Assembly (NCBI GenBank): GCA_964393655.1
Contig: CAYMUK010000001.1
Coordinates: 1-40,003, forward strand
DNA: 40,003 nucleotides
Direction of reading: 5' to 3'
From: an uncultured bacterium
Lineage (GTDB): Bacteria > Deinococcota > Deinococci > Deinococcales > Trueperaceae
A program made the position numbers and the translations under genes. Below are positions 34,222 to 40,003 of this stretch, piece after piece (position 1 is the first letter of the stretch; each line of letters starts with the position of its first letter). A model generated the notes under the pieces. The model had not been told where the DNA came from, made no database searches, and saw only the letters and a program-made list of their open reading frames with translations.

Positions 34222-35061
34222 CTAGAGCTGCACCGGCGCCGCGGGATAGGAACCCAGGAACTTGAGCATCGCGGCCCGTCTCATGATCCCGGTCAGTGCT
34301 GCCGCCACGTTGCTGTCACCGATATCGCCCTCGATATCGACGTAGAACAGGTAGCTCCAGGGCTTGTCACGCCTTGGCCGGCTTTCCAGCTTGGTCATGT
34401 TCACCCCGTTCTCCGGGAACAGCTTCAGGCACTCCACCAGCTCGCCGGGTTTGTGCTTGGTGGCGATGATCAGGCTGGACTTGCGGGGAACGGCGGACGG
34501 CTGCGACTCCTCGTGACCCATGACGAAGAAGCGCGTCAGGTTGAAATCCAGATCCTCGATATCCGGCACCAGCACCTGCAGGCCGTAGTGCTCCGCGGCC
34601 TGCACGCTGGCGATTGCGGCCTTGCCTTCGCCGCCATTCTCGGAAAGCAGCTTGGCTGCGCCCGCCGTGTCGAAATCGACAACCGCCTCCATGTTGTGCT
34701 TCGCCAGGAAACCTGCACACTGCTCCAGCGCCTGCGGGTGGGAATAGACCCGTCTGATCTCCTCGAGTTTGACGCCCGGTTTGGCCAGCAGGTTGTGCCG
34801 CACCCGCACTATCTGTTCGGCCACCACATGCAGCACCGAATCGCGCAGAAGGTCATAGGTCTGGTTGATGGACCCCGCGAGGCTGTTCTCTACCGGCAGG
34901 CACACGTGCGTGAAGTCCCCGGCCGCCGCCGCCATGAAGGCCTCCCTGAAAGTGGGAAAGCCGACCGTCTCTGCTTCCGGTGCGAACTTCAGGGCGGCGC
35001 TCTCACTGAATGCCCCCGGTACTCCCTGATAGGCGACGCGTGGCGTGGATCCGTTGCTCAT
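34222..35061 (-). CDS. pheA: Prephenate dehydratase (PDT plus ACT domain). The alternative GTG start is at 35079.
   Basis: RVAYQGVPGAFSESAA...NLTRFFVMG...LESRPRR... ATG 35061 is preferred because the GTG at 35079 lies just upstream of a TGCTAGACT -10 box (its TG forms the extended -10 dinucleotide) that sits 8 nt upstream of the ATG. Confidence 0.88.
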   Translation of the reverse strand: MSNGSTPRVAYQGVPGAFSESAALKFAPEAETVGFPTFREAFMAAAAGDFTHVCLPVENSLAGSINQTYDLLRDSVLHVVAEQIVRVRHNLLAKPGVKLEEIRRVYSHPQALEQCAGFLAKHNMEAVVDFDTAGAAKLLSENGGEGKAAIASVQAAEHYGLQVLVPDIEDLDFNLTRFFVMGHEESQPSAVPRKSSLIIATKHKPGELVECLKLFPENGVNMTKLESRPRRDKPWSYLFYVDIEGDIGDSNVAAALTGIMRRAAMLKFLGSYPAAPVQL

Positions 35062-35069
35062 AAGCAAGG

Positions 35070-35078
35070 AGTCTAGCA
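35070..35078 (-). promoter_or_regulatory. Extended -10 element TGCTAGACT (minus strand), 8 nt upstream of the pheA ATG.
   Basis: Plus strand agtctagca at 35070-35078. The identical 9-mer occurs at 9177-9185 and 10452-10460. Confidence 0.45.
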
Positions 35079-35234
35079 CCGCCGCCGTGCATCACGGGGT
35101 GGTGCGCGGGGCCGCGGCGGCCGGCTCGCGGGCTCTAGGCAATCCGCCATTGCCCGCAGTCCCCCGCCACCCGCATACTCGGGTCAAGCGAGCTGTTGGC
35201 CAACCTTTCGCCGGTCCATTCCAAGGAGGTAGTC

Positions 35235-35843
35235 ATGAAGAAGATCAGGTTCATCCTTGCAGCCGTACTCGTCGTGGCCCAGTTGCCTTTCACGGCGTCA
35301 GCCCTGCCGGCAGCCAGCAGCGGACCCACCCTGCTGTCGCAGGAAGTCCTGAACTCGGTGACAGGCGGTGCCTGCACCTCCTGCCACACCACTCCCGCGC
35401 CTGAACCGGAGGAACCGCGCCACCCGTCCCGCATCGGCAATCCCTACTGGGAGCACACGCGGACGCAGCAGGTCGGCTACAGCGATCCCGGTGGCCACCT
35501 CGCCTTCCAGTACCTGAACAACACGAACTCGTCAGTGGACAAGAGTTTCACCGCCACCATCACCGATGCCTTCAACTGGAGCGTGGGCGGCGGGGTCCCC
35601 GGCAGTGTAATCACCGCCAGCCTGGGCAGAAGCTACAGCAACACCACGAGCACCACCTTCAACGTCCGGATTCCGCGCCGGACCAATTACAAGCACTACA
35701 TAAGTCATCCGACGACGCGATTCCACTACACATTCACGCGCTACCAGGACTGGAGTGACGGCTCCAGGCAGGCGCTCACAAGTGGGGTGGTGCCGGGCTC
35801 GCGGGTATCCGTCAAGGCCCACGTGATGACCAGTCCGCTTTGA
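35235..35843 (+). CDS. Secreted 202-aa protein of unknown function. It is predicted to be beta-rich, S/T/N/Y-rich, with a CxxC pair and a Pro/Glu linker.
   Basis: A strong AAGGAGG SD lies 5 nt upstream of ATG 35235. The signal peptide is MKKIRFILAAVLVVAQLPFTASA. The mature part has CTSC, PAPEPEEPRHP, and alternating polar/apolar stretches SFTATITDAFNWSVGGGVPGSVITASLGRSYSNTTSTTFNV. Confidence 0.7.
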   Translation: MKKIRFILAAVLVVAQLPFTASALPAASSGPTLLSQEVLNSVTGGACTSCHTTPAPEPEEPRHPSRIGNPYWEHTRTQQVGYSDPGGHLAFQYLNNTNSSVDKSFTATITDAFNWSVGGGVPGSVITASLGRSYSNTTSTTFNVRIPRRTNYKHYISHPTTRFHYTFTRYQDWSDGSRQALTSGVVPGSRVSVKAHVMTSPL

Positions 35844-35919
35844 TTCACATACCCGCCGAGGGGATACGTCCTGGCTGCCGCCTCAGGAGGCGGCAGCCGC
35901 TACCAAAAGGAGCAGCATC

Positions 35920-36732
35920 ATGAAAACCCCGTTCACTGCCCTTGCCTGCCTGCTGGTCATCTTCACTGCCTCGTCGGGTGCCCGGGAGCTGCCCGTGACT
36001 CCGGCGTGGGAGCTGATCGCCGCAGAGTCCGGGCTGCCGGCCACGGTGGAGATCCGGTTGCCGGAAACCACGCCTATCCATTCACTCGACCGGGTGGAGA
36101 TCCCGGGCGCGGATATCAGGGACATGATTGTCCTGACCGAGGACCAGGCCATCCGGGTGCGCCTGAATGACACAGACGGCGAACCGGTGTTCATCGATTC
36201 CCTCATCCTGCATCTGGGTAAGGAGCAACGCACCGTCCCAGTGATTCCAGTCGAGGTGCGCTGGCTGAATCAGGATCCTGAGAGTCTGCTGCAGACGCCG
36301 TTCATTGAGATCCTGCACACCACACCGATGGTGATTGCCGTGGTCGCCAGGAACTTCGCGGCCGACCCGATCACGCTGACAGACTTCCGCTTTGCCCCGC
36401 TGGCTGTGAGCACCGGCAAGCTGCTGCTGGCCAGGGATGTCGAGCTGGTGGCCGGACGGCCGGATCTGGAGCTTCCCTACGCCCCCGACGGCACGCTCAC
36501 TTACAATCCGGAAGATCGGGAGGGCGCCCGGTTCGAGGAGTTCAACTTCTCTGAGGGCGGCATCACCCTGGCGGCCGGCGCACAGGTGCTGCTGCTAGCG
36601 AGCGGTGAATCGGTGACGCAGCCGGAACTCTTCAACGATTTCCAGACCACCGAATGGGCGCCCTGGCTTGAGTTCCGCCACGGCGGGCAGGTGTGGCACC
36701 ACGTCCTGTACCGTTCCTGGCGCACCGAGTAG
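35920..36732 (+). CDS. Secreted 270-aa protein of unknown function.
   Basis: An AAAGGAG SD is present, and the signal peptide is MKTPFTALACLLVIFTASSGA. It looks beta-rich. The stop is 4 nt before the next gene's ATG. Confidence 0.65.
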   Translation: MKTPFTALACLLVIFTASSGARELPVTPAWELIAAESGLPATVEIRLPETTPIHSLDRVEIPGADIRDMIVLTEDQAIRVRLNDTDGEPVFIDSLILHLGKEQRTVPVIPVEVRWLNQDPESLLQTPFIEILHTTPMVIAVVARNFAADPITLTDFRFAPLAVSTGKLLLARDVELVAGRPDLELPYAPDGTLTYNPEDREGARFEEFNFSEGGITLAAGAQVLLLASGESVTQPELFNDFQTTEWAPWLEFRHGGQVWHHVLYRSWRTE

Positions 36733-36736
36733 CCGC

Positions 36737-37981
36737 ATGCGCTCAACAACCAAAGCGCATGGGCCACTGGCAGTCAGAACCGTGCAGCTTGCCCTGCTGG
36801 TCGCCGGCAGTTTCCTGTCGTGCGGAACGGCTCTCGCCCAGCCCCTGTCACCCGAGTTACTTCCGCCGCTCAACCGTGCGGTTCATCTGCCGCCCGATGT
36901 CCGGCCCAGTCCACCGCTCACCTGGCAGCTGTACCAGCAGCTCACCTACCAGCCCGGCAGCTGGCAGGGGCGGCTTGACCTGCAGCCAAGCCTGAACCTG
37001 ACCCTGCACGATCCGCAGGAAGGCATCCGGCAGGAGGTGAACGCCGCGGCAGGTCAGTTGCAGGCACTCGAGGCTGCCGCTCAGGCAGGCAGGCTGGCAC
37101 TCTCCGTGCACCGCGACTTCCTGCTGCTGCAGCACCACCTGTTCCTGGAAGGTTTCCACCTCGACTTGCTTGAGCAGCAGGCGGCCCTTGCCGATCCTGG
37201 TGGCCAGCCGTCGTGGCGCCCGGACACCGCCAGGCGCGAAGTCGAACTCCAGCTGCAGGCCAGCAGGAACGAACTGGAACTGCTGGCCAGGCGACTGCAG
37301 GTAGCAGGCATCGGTTTCACCGCTCTGCCACGGCAACTCAGCAGGCCGACCGTCGACATGGGTCAGGAGCCGTTCGCCACCTGCCTGACAGCCAGCCCTG
37401 AAATCAGGCGGCTGGAGCTGCTCGGCGTCTATCAGGATCTGGAAGCGGAACTGTCTGCAGCTGGCCGCAGGCTCAAGGTCGACCTCATGGCGGGACTCAA
37501 CCTGGGGCTGGCCGCCGCCGGGGACGGGCCCGTTAGTCCCAGCTTCGGCTGGAACGCAGGGCTGAGCGTAGCGAGGGCCGACCATGGCGGAGTGCGGCTG
37601 CAGCTCGATGTGTCCCCTGCCTCCGTGTCCCAGTCGCTCACCATCCGCGGTCCCGAGGTGGCTTTGCAGGAACCTGTGACAGACGCTGAAGGGCTCCTGG
37701 CGGCGCTGGAAGCGGAAGCCCAGCATGTCCACAGCCTGCTGCTGGCCCGGGACCTGGCGGCTGATCGCGAGGAACTACAGCGTCAGACCAGCGAGGCTCT
37801 GCTGACTGACCTGCTGCAGGCCTTAAGTAGCGGCAGCGCCGACAGCAACCAGTTGCTGACAGCCATGGATTCAGTGGTCTCGCTGCTGCATGCCGCGTTG
37901 CAGCATGACTCGCTGTCGCTGGAACTGGCCACGCTATGCCGTTTGCCGCTCGGCTACGTCCCGGTGGCGAACTACCCGTGA
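36737..37981 (+). CDS. TolC/NodT/CzcC-like outer-membrane factor; tentative, possibly a lipoprotein.
   Basis: The signal sequence has a lipobox-compatible FLSC and also ALA-QP. There are two rounds of long Q/L/A/E-rich helices separated by short beta-like segments (PSLNLTLHD; FGWNAGLSVARADHGG). Its 414 aa is typical of OMFs. This rests on pattern recognition only. Confidence 0.5.
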   Translation: MRSTTKAHGPLAVRTVQLALLVAGSFLSCGTALAQPLSPELLPPLNRAVHLPPDVRPSPPLTWQLYQQLTYQPGSWQGRLDLQPSLNLTLHDPQEGIRQEVNAAAGQLQALEAAAQAGRLALSVHRDFLLLQHHLFLEGFHLDLLEQQAALADPGGQPSWRPDTARREVELQLQASRNELELLARRLQVAGIGFTALPRQLSRPTVDMGQEPFATCLTASPEIRRLELLGVYQDLEAELSAAGRRLKVDLMAGLNLGLAAAGDGPVSPSFGWNAGLSVARADHGGVRLQLDVSPASVSQSLTIRGPEVALQEPVTDAEGLLAALEAEAQHVHSLLLARDLAADREELQRQTSEALLTDLLQALSSGSADSNQLLTAMDSVVSLLHAALQHDSLSLELATLCRLPLGYVPVANYP

Positions 37982-38051
37982 GCAACCGGCGCGAGAACCC
38001 TTGCAGCGGGCACTCGTGCCTTCTGCACCATCCGGGAATCCGCTTGGAATT

Positions 38052-39833
38052 TCACTGTTCCTGAATGCGCCGCCTGAGGTCAGTCAGTTTCAGTTCAATC
38101 CCGTCCAGCTCACCGCGGAGTTCGTCGAGCCGCTCAAGTTCGCTGCGGACGAAGCGCGTGTAGGGCGCGATTGTTGCGCTCAGCTTTTCGTTGGACGCCT
38201 CGAGTTCCCGGAGGACCTGTTCCTTCAGGCTTTCCTCGAGACCGTCGCGCAGGGCCTGCATCTTCTCGTGCAGTTCCTTCTTCGCCCTGGCGCGCTTGCG
38301 GGGCAGAACGGTGCTGCCGAGGATGACCATGGCCAGACCGGCGGTGATGCCGGTAACGTCCGCGGCTGCGCCCGAGAGGAAGGCGATCACCGCCGCACCG
38401 AGCCCCAGGCCACCGACCTGCAGGAGGCCGGAACTGACCACGGCCGACTGCAGGCCCTCCGCCAGCCGTATGGCTTCCTGGCGCTTGTTGTAGCTCTCCA
38501 TGACCGATTCGATGCGGTTGCGCAGGCTGCCCAGCAGCGAGTTGCGGTCGTACTGGAAGCGGCCGCCGACATTGCCGACTATCCTCTCCTCGCCCGCGCG
38601 CGTGCGGAGGTTGATGAACTCCATCACGTCTTCCCACATCTTCAGGTTCCGTTCGATGTACCAGTCGACCAGCATGCCCACGGCATTGTCGATCTCCTCA
38701 TCCGAACCCCGGATCACGCGGTCCTCGAACTGCTGCTTGACCTTCTCGCTGTTCATGAGGCCCAGCACGTTGCGCCACTGGACGGTGTCGTTCAGGAAGT
38801 TGTCGCCGCGGCGCTCCAGTTCCAGAAGCACGGTATCGAAGCGGCTGAGGTGGTTGGCCAGCTCGCGCCTGATGTCACGGTCGAACTGCTGGCGCTGCCG
38901 GTCGATGTCCTCCAGGGTACGCCTGTCACCGGCCAGCAGTTCCAGGCGGTTGCCTAGTTCACCGTCCAGGCGCCTGAGCAGGCGGTCGCCCACGCCCAGA
39001 GGGTTGAGCAGTTTCAGCCTGAAGCGTTCTCCCTGTTCCAGGTTGGCGCGTATCAGCTGTTCGACTTCATGGATACCCGTGCCCTCCAGCCCGGCTTCGT
39101 CGCGGGCCAGGCGCGAGCGCAGGGCCTTGCGGGCGGAAATGGTGAGCACGGGTGGGGTGACTTCCAGGACCTTGCGTGCGTTGTCCCGCACGAACGTCAC
39201 GACGGAGTCGCGCTCCGCCTGCGTTTCCAGGATGTCAATCTTGTTGACCAGCATGGCGACCTTCTTGCCCCAGCTGCTGATCAGTTCAAGGAAGACGCGC
39301 TCACTCTCGGTGAAGGGGCGGTCGGCGCTGGTCACGAACAGCACCAGGTCCGCGCGGGGCACGAACCGTTCGGTAAGTTCCTGGTGCCGCCTGATGACCG
39401 CGTTGGTGCCGGGGGTGTCGACGATCGATACTTCCTTCAGCACCCCGACAGGTGCGGTCCGCTGCACCAGTTCCTCGCCAAGCACGGTCTCCCCGATTTT
39501 CTCGCCCCAGGTGATCACGGTCACCTTGTCGGTCGTGGGGGTGACGCCCTCGGGCATCACCTCCATGCCGAGGAGCGCGTTCAGGAGCGTGGACTTCCCG
39601 GCGTTGTACTCACCGCAGACGACCAGCATGAAGGCGCCGTCCAGGTCGGCCAGCGCGGTGCGCAGTTCCTTGAGCTCCGACTCGGAGCCCTCCACCTTGC
39701 CGAGCAGCACCAGCAGCTCGGACAGTGCCGCCCGCTCCGCAGTGAGCAGTTGCTTGGAATCGTCGCTCAGGTCGACATTCATCGCTACAGAAGATACCAT
39801 GCGCGCTGCAGCATCCCGCGGCCGGCAGAGCAT
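38052..39833 (-). CDS. Bacterial dynamin-like / mitofusin-like large GTPase with a C-proximal membrane hairpin. The start codon is uncertain (39833, 39800 or 39782).
   Basis: G1 GEYNAGKST, G3 DTPG, G4 NKID, then a long helical stalk. Two adjacent hydrophobic segments follow (VVSSGLLQVGGLGLGAAVIAFL and VTGITAGLAMVILGSTVL), and the protein ends in a coiled coil. Confidence 0.8.
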   Translation of the reverse strand: MLCRPRDAAARMVSSVAMNVDLSDDSKQLLTAERAALSELLVLLGKVEGSESELKELRTALADLDGAFMLVVCGEYNAGKSTLLNALLGMEVMPEGVTPTTDKVTVITWGEKIGETVLGEELVQRTAPVGVLKEVSIVDTPGTNAVIRRHQELTERFVPRADLVLFVTSADRPFTESERVFLELISSWGKKVAMLVNKIDILETQAERDSVVTFVRDNARKVLEVTPPVLTISARKALRSRLARDEAGLEGTGIHEVEQLIRANLEQGERFRLKLLNPLGVGDRLLRRLDGELGNRLELLAGDRRTLEDIDRQRQQFDRDIRRELANHLSRFDTVLLELERRGDNFLNDTVQWRNVLGLMNSEKVKQQFEDRVIRGSDEEIDNAVGMLVDWYIERNLKMWEDVMEFINLRTRAGEERIVGNVGGRFQYDRNSLLGSLRNRIESVMESYNKRQEAIRLAEGLQSAVVSSGLLQVGGLGLGAAVIAFLSGAAADVTGITAGLAMVILGSTVLPRKRARAKKELHEKMQALRDGLEESLKEQVLRELEASNEKLSATIAPYTRFVRSELERLDELRGELDGIELKLTDLRRRIQEQ

Positions 39834-39904
39834 CCGGCTGCCCTGAAAAATATGCGAGCTTCCTCATATGTATGCAGCCAAAGCACCGCAGTCCGCTCCC
39901 ATTC

Positions 39905-39913
39905 TGTTATCCT
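39905..39913 (+). promoter_or_regulatory. Extended -10-like element TGtTATCCT, 10 nt upstream of an ATG at 39924.
   Basis: ctgttatcctgtgaatttggATG, lying in an AT-richer intergenic stretch. Confidence 0.3.
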
Positions 39914-39923
39914 GTGAATTTGG

Positions 39924-40003
39924 ATGCAGGTGGGCCAGCTGAGGCCGGCGCCGGCAGAACTCCGCAAATCCGCTCGCACAGCCCGAGCAGCAGGCAGGGA
40001 CCG
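39924..40003 (+). CDS. Possible 5' end of an unidentified gene; open to the window edge.
   Basis: ATG CAG GTG GGC CAG CTG AGG... stays open for 26 codons (MQVGQLRPAPAELRKSARTARAAGRD). The only support is the -10 box spacing, and the fragment is too short to classify. Confidence 0.25.
   Translation, partial: MQVGQLRPAPAELRKSARTARAAGRD

Noticed and set aside
35316-35369. Double-glycine-type bacteriocin/lanthipeptide leader (LSQEVLNSVTGG followed by ACTSC) in gene A.
   Set aside because: The motif resembles LSxxELxxIxGG. However, the protein already has a canonical Sec signal peptide upstream. The putative 'core' would be about 157 aa. No C39-peptidase ABC transporter or modification enzyme is nearby. 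I treat it as coincidence, though it is cheap to re-examine.
39610-39867. 85-aa minus-strand ORF starting at an ATG preceded by GAGGAAG-like sequence, upstream of and overlapping the dynamin-like gene.
   Set aside because: It is out of frame with the GTPase. Its Gly/Ala/Arg-rich, Cys-rich product has no features. The SD-like element actually follows the ATG rather than preceding it.
1-40003. Search for CRISPR arrays, IS elements or transposases, integrases, phage genes, toxin-antitoxin pairs and known defence-system hallmarks.
   Set aside because: I saw no direct-repeat/spacer periodicity, no terminal inverted repeats flanking an ORF, and no recombinase, nuclease or ATPase signatures other than the housekeeping genes listed. 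The single tRNA has no adjacent integrase. This was visual inspection only, so short or degenerate elements could have been missed.

Overview
This is a visibly GC-rich 40 kb bacterial chromosomal segment (GC not computed). It is densely packed and almost entirely housekeeping. I call about 43 protein genes, one tRNA-Arg(CCG), two long hairpin terminators and a set of -10-type promoter elements. All family calls come from motif recognition in the translations; no database search was possible.

Gene order:
- 1-3659: purH (5' portion, runs off the window) and a PpiD/SurA-like chaperone.
- 3710-5305: tRNA-Arg and a TPR protein.
- 5413-8667: ffh-rpsP-KH-rimM-trmD.
- 8675-10407: Skp/OmpH-like protein and pilD.
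- 10511-13685: argF-argC-argJ.
- 13756-19112: lpdA, leuS, mreC and maf.
- 19190-20720: bcp-rpiA-acpS.
- 20856-24003: a Crp/Fnr regulator, rnhA, an M20 peptidase and a NarL-type response regulator.
- 24078-24524: a stand-alone dsRBD protein.
- 24536-35061: a 10.5 kb co-directional block of pheA, M32 carboxypeptidase, DsbA-like protein, mrpABCDEFG, a second Crp/Fnr regulator and a 99-aa orphan.
- 35235-37981: a three-gene operon of two secreted unknowns plus a TolC/NodT-like outer-membrane factor.
- 38052-39833: a dynamin/mitofusin-like GTPase.

Likely source: diderm markers (Skp, TolC-like), a Taq-type M32 carboxypeptidase, many start codons sitting 6-10 nt behind a TAnnnT box (leaderless design) and repeated acidic protein tails suggest a Deinococcus-Thermus-like, possibly salt-adapted organism. 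This is inference only.

I found no CRISPR array, IS element, integrase, prophage or recognisable defence system. I cannot point to a clear-cut novel system.

Best candidates for something undescribed:
- the secreted-protein/orphan outer-membrane-factor operon at 35.2-38.0 kb;
- the stand-alone dsRBD protein at 24.1 kb;
- the mitofusin-like GTPase at 38.1-39.8 kb;
- an internally duplicated prepilin peptidase at 9.2-10.4 kb.

Most long ORFs in the supplied track that lie antisense to these genes are high-GC artefacts.
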